A DNA stretch of 64,000 nt. Source: Akkermansia muciniphila (lineage in GTDB: Bacteria > Verrucomicrobiota > Verrucomicrobiia > Limisphaerales > F1-80-MAGS106). Numbering within the stretch: the first letter of the stretch is position 1; each line of letters opens with the position of its first letter. Location: contig CAMBEJ010000002.1 in assembly GCA_945865375.1 (NCBI GenBank), positions 13,739 to 77,738 of the forward strand, read 5' to 3'. Shown here piece by piece: positions 35,243 through 43,124 of this stretch. The position numbers were made by a program, and so were the translations under genes. The notes beneath the pieces are model-generated. The model searched no databases, had not been told where the DNA came from, and saw only the letters and a program-made list of their open reading frames with translations.

Positions 35243-35920
35243 TCAAAGGCCGCGGGCGGCGTCGCGCAGTTCCTGTTTGTAATCTCGGGTGGGTTCGCCG
35301 TAGCCGCGGCGCCGCTCGGCCAGGGCGGGAGCGATGATTTCGGTGCGCGGATCGATTTCGCGTCCAAAAAGCAGGGGCCACAGGCGAATGCAATTGTTCG
35401 CCAGATCGTGCCATTGCTCTTCATCGAAGCTGGGCCGGAACAAGTCGACCGCCAGTTGCAGCTCGCGAATCAATTCCGCTTCCGTAGGATGGCCCGTCTT
35501 TGCGACAACCACCCGGAAGGCCAACAGATCCTTTTCTTCCAGCCGATGCAGCTTGGCGATGAGGATGTCGATGGGATGCGGGAAGTAAAAGGTGCAGTGA
35601 CTGATCTGTGCCGATGTCGTGCGTTCGCGCCAGCGAGGAGAGGTTCGGAAATTCAATTCCGAGCAAACCTGAATGTAAAAAGCACTGTGTTCCCGGTCCA
35701 ACCCGGCGCGCTCGACCACACCGGCAAGTTCCTCGGCATCCGAAAACAGATCGACATCCGCGCTGGTCAACGTTTCGTCGACGCACACCTGAATGGAAGC
35801 CGAGCCGAAAACGGTAATTCGGAGAGCCCGGTCCGCGGGCAGGGCGGCAACCAACTTGCGCAGCAGTTCACCGGCCGGCGTGTCGAGTCGCGCGGAACCA
35901 CCCCATGAGTCCAATCCCAT
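35243..35920 (-). CDS. Nucleotidyltransferase-fold protein (DUF6036-like)
   Basis: RITVFGSASIQVCVDETLTSADVDLFSD (G-S ... D-x-D NTase signature); helical C-terminal half. Confidence 0.6.
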   Translation of the reverse strand: MGLDSWGGSARLDTPAGELLRKLVAALPADRALRITVFGSASIQVCVDETLTSADVDLFSDAEELAGVVERAGLDREHSAFYIQVCSELNFRTSPRWRERTTSAQISHCTFYFPHPIDILIAKLHRLEEKDLLAFRVVVAKTGHPTEAELIRELQLAVDLFRPSFDEEQWHDLANNCIRLWPLLFGREIDPRTEIIAPALAERRRGYGEPTRDYKQELRDAARGL

Positions 35921-36161
35921 ATTTATTCCTTGCTGTAATCGAGGATACGGCTTGGTCCACCAACCGGTTCGTTACGCCCGGATCCTGGGCAAGTCGCGCA
36001 GCGAGGCGGCGGTCGCGTTCGCCCAACGGACCGCGCTCGCGCCGCAACAAGATGCGGGCCGCAATGCGGGCCTTGCGCCAATACGGGTCCATCAGAAAAG
36101 GCCGCAAGGGAGGTTGGCCGGTCGAGTTCATTCTTTCGCTCCCGACACTATGACGTGCCAA
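35868..36161 (-). CDS. Hypothetical small basic protein upstream of the nucleotidyltransferase
   Basis: 97-aa ORF overlapping the NTase start by 53 nt. No recognisable family. Could be a partner/antitoxin or a spurious ORF. Confidence 0.3.
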   Translation of the reverse strand: MARHSVGSERMNSTGQPPLRPFLMDPYWRKARIAARILLRRERGPLGERDRRLAARLAQDPGVTNRLVDQAVSSITARNKYGIGLMGWFRATRHAGR

Positions 36162-36258
36162 GCCTCACCGTGGCAACGGGTCTTTTTTAATGACGAATGA
36201 CGAATCCGGGCTGCGCGGCTCGCCCTATTGGAAATCGCAAATCTGAAATCAAAAATCC

Positions 36259-36489
36259 ATGAACGATTTTCGCTTCGCCCTGCGCCAATTGCTGAAGAAC
36301 CCCGGCTTCACCGCCGTGGCCGTGCTCACGCTCGCGCTTGGCACGGGGGCGTGCGTTTCCATCTTCAGCGTGGCGCAGGCGATGTTCCTGCGGGACCGGC
36401 CTTATCGCGATCCCGCGCGACTCCTCTGGGTCTGGCAACGGGACTTCACCAAGCCTGGAAATGTCCAAGGGTCACATGTTAACATTTAA
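36259..36489 (+). pseudogene. ADOP/MacB-like ABC permease, N-terminal fragment only
   Basis: MNDFRFALRQLLKNPGFTAVAVLTLALGTGACVSIFSVAQAMFLRDRPYRDPARLLWVW is the canonical N-terminus of an ~800-aa permease family. The reading frame runs into the repeat at ~36464 and stops. Confidence 0.8.
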
Positions 36490-36534
36490 CACTTCAGGCA
36501 AGTGGTTGAATTGTTGAATGTTAAGATGTGACCC
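36464..36534. repeat. REPIN-like doublet: left and right REP-like ends back to back
   Basis: GGGTCACATGTTAACATTTAACA (36469-36491) versus the reverse complement of TGTTGAATGTTAAGATGTGACCC (36512-36534): 21 of 23 positions match. The right half (36492-34) is 41/43 identical to 35183-35225. Confidence 0.85.
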
Positions 36535-36869
36535 GTAAAGACACAGTTGTATTCACCATCGGGCAGGAATCCGCTGCGAATGAGTTCGCGGGAAAACTCC
36601 GCCGCGTAGCCGTGTTGAACGGGTTTGATGTTGAACAAGGTGACGCCCCATTTGGGCAGCATCGGAATGGCTTTCTTGGCGAAAGGCGTGCCGGGTTCGT
36701 GACCTTCGGCGAGGAGTTCCAATTCGATGAAGGCGGTCGGGGAAAGAAACAGCGCGCAGAAGCAGTCCCTCACGACACCGAAGAAATCACGGGCGAAGGG
36801 TTTTCCTTCGGCGAGATCAAGCAGGACATTAACGTCCAGCGAGCACTGTTTCCTTGGGGAGCTTGCCAT
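36486..36869 (-). pseudogene. PIN-domain (VapC-like) toxin-like gene, 3' end replaced by the repeat
   Basis: SLDVNVLLDLAEG...SPTAFIELE...GFLPDGEYN, then the frame reads through the antisense of the REP-like element (CVFTGHILTFNNSTTCLKC). The C-terminal acidic residue block is missing. Confidence 0.5.
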
Positions 36870-37011
36870 AGAGCCGGGCCAGTCCCTTTTGAAACAGGGC
36901 CGCGCGCTGTTCGTCGCTGAGTTGGTTCGCCTTCTTCCGATTCGCGGCAGCCCACTTCTTCCCGTTGGAAGATTTCGGGTAATCGGCGGCGGTCTGTTGG
37001 TTCGATTTCAT
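36829..37011 (-). CDS. Small basic protein upstream of the PIN gene (antitoxin candidate)
   Basis: 60-aa ORF overlapping the PIN start. Called on position only. Confidence 0.35.
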   Translation of the reverse strand: MKSNQQTAADYPKSSNGKKWAAANRKKANQLSDEQRAALFQKGLARLYGKLPKETVLAGR

Positions 37012-37244
37012 CGGCTCTCAGCTAAAAGGATATGGTGTCATGCCCGGTGCGGACGGTCAACGCTGATTGTGTCCCTTCATCGGTTGACATGCGCCGAGGG
37101 AAGTGGTGGGATCCGCAACTGAAACCGGCGATCGCGCTTTTGGAAACAACCCGCGTTATTCCACAACGGCGGCCCGGGAATCCTGCCCCTCGTGCGGAAA
37201 CGCGTTTGCGGATTCTTACACGGATGCTACCAGTATCCTCATAA

Positions 37245-37436
37245 ATGAAGAACCGAAATTATCTCATCGGGTGGGAGCTTTTACTCCTGTTTGCCTCAGT
37301 TTTGGTTTTCCGCAGCGTCTGGCTCCTCTTGGACGATATGAAATGGGCCCGGGAGACCACCGGCCTTTGGGTCCTCCTCCTTCCCGGGGTTGGACTGTGC
37401 TTTGTCGCCCTGCGGGCGATTCACGCCGACAAGTAA
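37245..37436 (+). CDS. Small two-helix membrane protein
   Basis: 63 aa with two hydrophobic segments (LIGWELLLLFASVLVFRSVWLLL; GLWVLLLPGVGLCFVAL). Ends 30 nt upstream of blc. Confidence 0.45.
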   Translation: MKNRNYLIGWELLLLFASVLVFRSVWLLLDDMKWARETTGLWVLLLPGVGLCFVALRAIHADK

Positions 37437-37466
37437 GTCGGATCCTGCCCTAACTCCCCCACGACT

Positions 37467-38006
37467 ATGATTGTGAAAACACTGTCCCTGCTTTCCGGTC
37501 TGCTCCTACTCACCGGCTGTGCCACCTCGCGGCCACCCTTAAAGACTGTCGAAAAGGTCGACCTCACTCGCTTCATGGGCCCCTGGTATGTTATCGCCTG
37601 CATCCCGACCTTCATCGAAACCGAGGCTTACAATGCGATTGAAGATTACCGGCTCGAACCCGACGGCACCATCAAGACGACCTTCACCTTCAACCAGGGA
37701 GGTTTCGATGGTCCGCCCAAGCGCTACAATCCGCGCGGCTTCGTGGTCGACCGGGTCAACCATTCCACTTGGGGGATGCAGTTCATCTGGCCCTTCAAAT
37801 CCGAATTCCTGATCACGTATTTGACGCCCGACTACAGCCAGACGGTCATCGGCCGCAACAAGCGGGATTACGTCTGGATCATGGCGCGCACGCCGCAGAT
37901 CCCGGAGGCCGATTACCAGCGGATGCTCCGGGAACTGGCGGACCAAGGCTATGACTTGGCCAAGCTGCGCAAGGTGCCCCAGCGCTGGCCCGAACGATCC
38001 TATTGA
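37467..38006 (+). CDS. blc: Outer-membrane lipocalin lipoprotein Blc
   Basis: Lipobox LLLTGC; FMGPWYVIA, NHSTWGMQFIWPF, DYSQTVIGRNKRDYVWIMARTP. Confidence 0.9.
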   Translation: MIVKTLSLLSGLLLLTGCATSRPPLKTVEKVDLTRFMGPWYVIACIPTFIETEAYNAIEDYRLEPDGTIKTTFTFNQGGFDGPPKRYNPRGFVVDRVNHSTWGMQFIWPFKSEFLITYLTPDYSQTVIGRNKRDYVWIMARTPQIPEADYQRMLRELADQGYDLAKLRKVPQRWPERSY

Positions 38007-38109
38007 GTCTCGCCTGATAGCCTGGCTGATTGGGTGGAGGGTCCGTCTCCCGACGGACCGCGGCCCAAAAAAAGACCCGAAGCATTTAGCTCCGGGTCTC
38101 GAAAGTGTC

Positions 38110-38602
38110 GCTGTAGTGGTAGAACGATTTCAGGAGCGCTGCAGCCACAACCTAGATCAGGTATTCACGCCCGCTCGGCATCTGTCCCACAGATCAGTCG
38201 AGGCGGGACTGGTCCTGATTCCGATGAAAGCAGACACCTATTCCGATCGATAACGGACAACGTTGCGGCGTTAGTCGGACAGAAGTCTGAGCGAGGCGAC
38301 GCTCGCGTTTCGTGGTAAATGGGTGTCCCAATAGAGTCAAGAAATAGGTGCTGCTTTTCAGCAGTTCTCATCGTCGGAGGATTTGGACTTGAATGCGGCG
38401 TGGGTGGACAGGTTCGGAGTGGGTGGTGAGGGAAGTTCGGTTGAGGAAAAGGATTGAGCGGTCTGGCGGGTGCGGCGTGAATGACGGACTACAGCTACTG
38501 CATCGATTGCCGTCAGACGGTCTGAGACGCGACTGCGGAAGTGCCATGTCGCAACAAGAGCGGTTCAAACGAGCCACTCAATTGTTGAATATCGGGATGT
38601 GA
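38110..38602 (+). pseudogene. Third, heavily decayed remnant of the Y1 transposase/DnaA_C-like gene
   Basis: ERFQERCSHNLDQVFTPARHLSHRSVEAGLVLIPMKADTYSD resembles the RF..(R)YIHLNPVRAGLV..Y.WSS region of COG1943 transposases. The tail ..QERFKRATQLLNIGM* with following GACC parallels FRQVVELLNVK(I/M)* GACCC of the other two copies. Confidence 0.45.
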
Positions 38603-38709
38603 CCTCAGTTGGCGATCCACACAGAAAAAGAACCCGCCACGATCTCTTTGCGCCTCGGCACCTTGGCGTCGCTGCGTTGGAACCGTCCCTGCTTATTGAA
38701 GCATGACGG

Positions 38710-40686
38710 CTAAGGGCCACTGCTATGTATTGTGTCACGGCCCTTCAGGGCGGTGCTCTTCTTCAGCCGTCCAAGCGCTCTCTGAAGTTCCAAATCCTCC
38801 GAAACATTGAGCGTGTGGCCGCCATAACGAGTTTCGCAAAACGATTTTGTGACGGGTGCCGTGTCCACGGTCCAGTGAGGAAAGATCGAGTCAATTGCTG
38901 CCTGAAGTTCCTTGGGTGTTTGCGAGGGCATTCGTGAGAGGCCGGACTTCTTAAGGATTTGGATCATCTGCCCGTAATAATGAGTGGCGCGAACTTCGCT
39001 GTCCCTATGAGTTATTAATTTGCGACGACGCAGGATTCCGCGGCTGAAGAAAACGAGCCAGCCGGCACCCATCGCGCCGACAACGCTCAGGAACACCATG
39101 GTCGAGCCGGCCTGATGTCGGGAAATCCAAGCACCTGTTCGCTCAGCCAGTTGAGCCGCTCCAGAAAACAAATCCCGCTGCATCGCGCCATCAAAGCTGA
39201 CGACGTTCATGAACCAGGCCAAGTCAAGGGCGTCCACAAAGTCGCGGACTTCAATGCCCGTGGTGAGTTCGCGCGAGCGTGGGGTGGCATCGAGTTGGAT
39301 CCAACCTTGCTCCGGGAAATAGGCTTCGGTCCAAGCGTGCGCATCCTTGAACCGGATGTTGTGCCATCCTGAAAACCAGCTTTGACTGTTGGCGATGTAG
39401 CCGATCACGATCCGTGTTGGGATTCCCTGCATTCGAAGCAGGAGCGCGAGGGCGGAGGCGTAGCGTTCGCAGTGGCCGCGGCGTTGTTCGAAGAGAAACT
39501 CCTCCAGGGCGTTGAGGCGTTTGAGGACAGGAGCGCCGAGATCGTATGTGAATTGGTCGCGGAGGTAGGCTTCGATCTTCGCGGCTTGTTCCCGAGGCGC
39601 GCTGGCTCCGCCGGTTCTGGCGTCCAGCCAGGCCCGCAAACGGGGGGAAACCTCCGGGTGCTGCGTGAGGCGGGCTCTCAAACCCGCTGAAATGAGGTCT
39701 GAGCGGGGCTGAGGATTCAGCCAGTAATCGTAAACGTTGTTGGCGGTGTTCCACATCGATTCGCACTCGATAATTTCGTGGAAGTTTTGGAGAGGCCGCC
39801 GGAAAAACTTTCCCGTCAGATACGACACCGGCCCGTCTGTCGGGAGCACGCGTCCCAGAAATGCGACCTCTTTCACACGGACGCGGCGGTGCTCGAGTGT
39901 GGGAAGATCGTTCGTTTTAACGAAACGAATCCCTTTCAATGATGCACGGGAGTCAGGGAACCAACGGGTTCCGTCAAAGTCCACCATGGCGAACGATCGC
40001 AGCAATCCAATATTCTTTCCTTCAATTTGAAAGATGGTTTTTCCCGACTGCGCGAGACCGCTCCGGGTTGGATCCAGGATGGAGTCCACGAGACTTCCCT
40101 CGGAATTGGGGTTGCGCCGGTTTTGGAGCGGGGATCCTATCGCAGCGCGCGGGAAGCCGATGAAGACCACGATCATGGTGATGAAGATGATGGCATAGTT
40201 GCGCCATGAGATGGGTGGGCAAAGGGATGGAACCGTGTCGGATGGCGTTATTGGAAGACGCTCACGTTGCAGTTCCATGAGCGCTCGTGGGATAAGAAAA
40301 ACTGCTGCCAGAAGGATGAACACGAAACGGAAGTCCAGGATGACGGTGCATCCCACCCCGAGTTGGATGCAAGCGGCGACGATGGAGAAGAGTTTCTCGC
40401 GACCCGTCAGGGGTCGCACGGTGCGCACTGTCTGGAGCCACGAGATGCCTTGGCCGATGAAAAAGTGGGAGGTTTGCCCAGGCAGCGTCCCCAGCCAGTA
40501 GCCTGCCACGCAACCGCCAATCAAAGCTATCGGCTCGAGTGTCTGGGAGATTCGAAGCCCCCTCTTCGCGAGCCACACGCTCAGGATCCATAGACCCACG
40601 GAGATCGCGGGCATGGCATATCCATCCCACGTCAGTGCCTGGCAGATGATGCCCAGGAGGATGAATTGATTGCGTGCGCTTTTCAT
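38710..40686 (-). CDS. Transglutaminase-like membrane protein (DUF3488/TgpA-like)
   Basis: N-terminal multi-TM region. Core RRGHCERYASALALLLRMQGIPTRIVIGY..WHNIRFKDAHAWTEAYF. ATGA overlap with the upstream DUF58 gene; start set at 40686. Confidence 0.85.
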   Translation of the reverse strand: MKSARNQFILLGIICQALTWDGYAMPAISVGLWILSVWLAKRGLRISQTLEPIALIGGCVAGYWLGTLPGQTSHFFIGQGISWLQTVRTVRPLTGREKLFSIVAACIQLGVGCTVILDFRFVFILLAAVFLIPRALMELQRERLPITPSDTVPSLCPPISWRNYAIIFITMIVVFIGFPRAAIGSPLQNRRNPNSEGSLVDSILDPTRSGLAQSGKTIFQIEGKNIGLLRSFAMVDFDGTRWFPDSRASLKGIRFVKTNDLPTLEHRRVRVKEVAFLGRVLPTDGPVSYLTGKFFRRPLQNFHEIIECESMWNTANNVYDYWLNPQPRSDLISAGLRARLTQHPEVSPRLRAWLDARTGGASAPREQAAKIEAYLRDQFTYDLGAPVLKRLNALEEFLFEQRRGHCERYASALALLLRMQGIPTRIVIGYIANSQSWFSGWHNIRFKDAHAWTEAYFPEQGWIQLDATPRSRELTTGIEVRDFVDALDLAWFMNVVSFDGAMQRDLFSGAAQLAERTGAWISRHQAGSTMVFLSVVGAMGAGWLVFFSRGILRRRKLITHRDSEVRATHYYGQMIQILKKSGLSRMPSQTPKELQAAIDSIFPHWTVDTAPVTKSFCETRYGGHTLNVSEDLELQRALGRLKKSTALKGRDTIHSSGP

Positions 40687-41816
40687 GAGTAGCTTGTGAT
40701 CTCCGTCTTTCCAAAGCACGCGGTCTTGATCTCCTGCGGCAGGCCGCTCATGTTGGTATTGAGAGGCCCATAAACAGAAACACGCCGACGCCTCCCGCTC
40801 CATCCGGTCAACACATCGATGGTCTCGGGCGTCAGCCTGGTGAGCACCACACAAATGGAGGATTTTTTCGAGAGTTTTGAGCACGCTACTTCCAGACGTT
40901 CTCGTGTCATCGAACCCCCTCCGGCCTGGAGTCGGGCCAGGAGGCGCAGGATTTCCTCCCCATCCGCAAACGGAGGAGTGATCGAGACCGTTTCAGGATC
41001 GCATAGCCGGACCAACTCGACGTGGTGACCCTTGTCCAACGCGGCGAAGATGAGAGAACCCGTCGCTCGGACGGCGTCGTCAAAAACGTTTCGATCAACA
41101 AGAGAATCACAATCCAGAATAAAGCTGATGCGCCCGGAGAGCTCTTCATTGAACGTTTTCACCATGAGCCCGGTTCCTTTGGAGCTCGATTTCCAGTGGA
41201 TTTGTCTCACGGGATCGCCCGGTCGGAATGGCCGAATGCCAGCGAACTCCGCGCCGGATTCAGACCGGCGTTGCCCCTTGAATTTGCCCCCTAGCATCGG
41301 TTCGAATCCTGATGCTGGCGGACACTCTGCGGGGTATACGGCTGGGACAACCACGACTTCGCCGGCCAGGGTGAGAGGCACGGAGGAGCGGATGAGACCA
41401 AAAGGAAATGAGGAGGCAACCTCCATCTGATCGTGGGGATAGACCCCGCGGAGATGGAACGAGAGCGTCGGAACGGCTGCGAAGCTCGTGCCTGCCGTCA
41501 TGTGCGGGATCTGGAAGACTGGCTCAACAGCGCCCTTTCGATTGAGTTCGACGAACCCCGCGGCGCTTTTCGGGGGAGCTGTCACGCGCCAGGATTGGGC
41601 AAGACGTCCTCGTTCGGGGACACATTCCGACAACGGCGCGTCAATTCGAACCTCTCTCGCGATGCGGCGGGCCGCGACAAAGTTGACCCCGACGCACCCA
41701 GCGAAGATTCCTATCAACAAGATCAACAGGCTGGATTGAGACGTAAGCGACGCGAGATAGAGAAGCACCGCACCCCAGAGGAACAGCCATCCGGTTTTTG
41801 TCAGCCGCGTTCTCAT
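40683..41816 (-). CDS. DUF58 domain protein
   Basis: GAEFAGIRPFRPGDPVRQIHWKSSSKGTGLMVKTFNEE; two N-terminal TM helices. Confidence 0.85.
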   Translation of the reverse strand: MRTRLTKTGWLFLWGAVLLYLASLTSQSSLLILLIGIFAGCVGVNFVAARRIAREVRIDAPLSECVPERGRLAQSWRVTAPPKSAAGFVELNRKGAVEPVFQIPHMTAGTSFAAVPTLSFHLRGVYPHDQMEVASSFPFGLIRSSVPLTLAGEVVVVPAVYPAECPPASGFEPMLGGKFKGQRRSESGAEFAGIRPFRPGDPVRQIHWKSSSKGTGLMVKTFNEELSGRISFILDCDSLVDRNVFDDAVRATGSLIFAALDKGHHVELVRLCDPETVSITPPFADGEEILRLLARLQAGGGSMTRERLEVACSKLSKKSSICVVLTRLTPETIDVLTGWSGRRRRVSVYGPLNTNMSGLPQEIKTACFGKTEITSYS

Positions 41817-41939
41817 TTGGAGAGTGTGCGTGGCGGATCTCTGAACTGCCGGTCCCCGGAGCGCCTCATTCAGTGCTGGGCCACGGGACCAGCAACTGGA
41901 GGTGGAACACTATGGAGACATCTCTAGCCCTCCTTGATT

Positions 41940-42407
41940 TCAGGAGGCACGAGAGGTGGGCGGTTTTGCAGGACGCCGACGCGTCGATGCCGCAACTTTA
42001 GTCTTTGGTTTTGAAATTCGCGGCGTTTTGGGTTTGATGGGTGGCATGGAGGCCGGTTCGACGGCACCGGGCTCGATCCTCGGGGCGTCGCGCCAGAGAC
42101 CTTCCAGGTCGAAGCGATCCCTGACATCCCCGCGCATCACGTGAACGATGACATCGAAGTAGTCCAGGACAATCCAGCTTTCACCGACCCGGCCATCGCG
42201 CGTCTGCGGGCGCAGGGCGGCATCGCGTTTCAGGCCATCCTCGATCTCGTCCACGACCGCGCGCAGGTGAGGCGCGCTGGTTCCCGTGGCGATGACAAAA
42301 AAGTCTGTCACCGACGACAGTTTGTGAACATCCAAAATAACGATGTTTTCAGCTTTTTTGTGGTCTGCCAATTCGCGGCATTTAAGCGCTAGTTCTTTGG
42401 AATCCAT
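41940..42407 (-). CDS. rsfS: Ribosome silencing factor RsfS with a Lys/Pro/Arg-rich C-terminal tail
   Basis: AENIVILDVHKLSSVTDFFVIATGTSAPHLRAV...WIVLDYFDVIVHVM; ~45-aa basic tail. Confidence 0.9.
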   Translation of the reverse strand: MDSKELALKCRELADHKKAENIVILDVHKLSSVTDFFVIATGTSAPHLRAVVDEIEDGLKRDAALRPQTRDGRVGESWIVLDYFDVIVHVMRGDVRDRFDLEGLWRDAPRIEPGAVEPASMPPIKPKTPRISKPKTKVAASTRRRPAKPPTSRAS

Positions 42408-42422
42408 GCGGTGTACAATCGA

Positions 42423-43046
42423 TCAGTTGGTGTAAGTCTGCTCCCTTTCGATCGCTTCCGCAACTACGGAAGGGACCAATAGGCCGATGGCGAGCCCGGA
42501 TCGCAGACGGCGGCGCACTTCAATGGAGGACAAAGAGGTTGGGATCCCGCAGATCGTTCTGACGCGAAATGAGGGTGGAGCGGGCTCTGATTCCGGATGG
42601 CCGGGGCGGGGGACCACCGCAAATTCGGTCAATCTGGCCAGGTCCGCGGCGTCGCGCCATTTGGGCAGTTGAGCGACATGATCAGCCCCTATGAGGTAGA
42701 ACAGGGCGGCGAGTGGAAACCGGGCGACATAGTCTCGAACGGTGTCGATAGTGTAGGAGGGGCTTTCGCGGCGCAGCTCTTGGTCGTCGATGTGGAAAGT
42801 GGGACGACCTGCGAGCGCGAGTCGCAAAAAGCGGAGCCGACTGGCTGCGGGGGCGGGGCGGCTGCCGGGTTTGAACGGAGATTGAGCGGCTGGGATGAAG
42901 ACGATTCGGTCGAGTTCCAGTTCCTCCTGGGCGGCTTGAGCCACGAGCAGGTGGCCGTTGTGAACCGGATCAAAGGACCCGCCGAACAGTCCGATCCGAC
43001 GCGGATCATGCCTCGGGACGGCTGTGGCTTGAGGGCTGGGTGGCAT
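42423..43046 (-). CDS. nadD: Nicotinate-nucleotide adenylyltransferase
   Basis: IGLFGGSFDPVHNGHLLVAQAA...IVFIPAAQSPFK...ISSIEVRRRL. Confidence 0.9.
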   Translation of the reverse strand: MPPSPQATAVPRHDPRRIGLFGGSFDPVHNGHLLVAQAAQEELELDRIVFIPAAQSPFKPGSRPAPAASRLRFLRLALAGRPTFHIDDQELRRESPSYTIDTVRDYVARFPLAALFYLIGADHVAQLPKWRDAADLARLTEFAVVPRPGHPESEPAPPSFRVRTICGIPTSLSSIEVRRRLRSGLAIGLLVPSVVAEAIEREQTYTN

Positions 43047-43124
43047 GCGCGGTGGAACGGAAAAACAGTTTGGCGGAGGAGCGTGAGAACAGGGGTCTTT
43101 CAGGGGGTGTTTCCGCGAGTTGAG

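Noticed and set aside
34963-35424. Shared peptide GHILTFNNSTTCLK in two minus-strand ORFs (also the tail of 36486-36869)
   Set aside because: It is the antisense translation of the conserved REP-like right end, not a conserved protein domain.
36231-36258. Clusters of AAATC pentamers (GAAATCGCAAATCTGAAATCAAAAATCC; similar at 26198-26224 and inside the MITE)
   Set aside because: The motif is short and low-complexity with no defined boundaries. It is too weak to call a repeat family from this window alone.
38040-38059. Hairpin GGTCCGTC-TCCC-GACGGACC ~35 nt after blc, considered as an intrinsic terminator
   Set aside because: It is followed by an A-run, not a U-tract, on the blc strand. There is no convergent gene nearby that could use the T-run on the other strand.
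38360-38370. 11-mer AGCAGTTCTCA matching the left arm of the palindromic repeat
   Set aside because: The match does not extend beyond 11 nt into the core of the element, so it is probably chance or an unrecognisably decayed copy.
41294-41315. tRNA-like T-arm sequence GCATCGGTTCGAATCCTGATGC
   Set aside because: The stem is imperfect, no acceptor, D or anticodon arms can be built around it, and it lies inside the DUF58 CDS.
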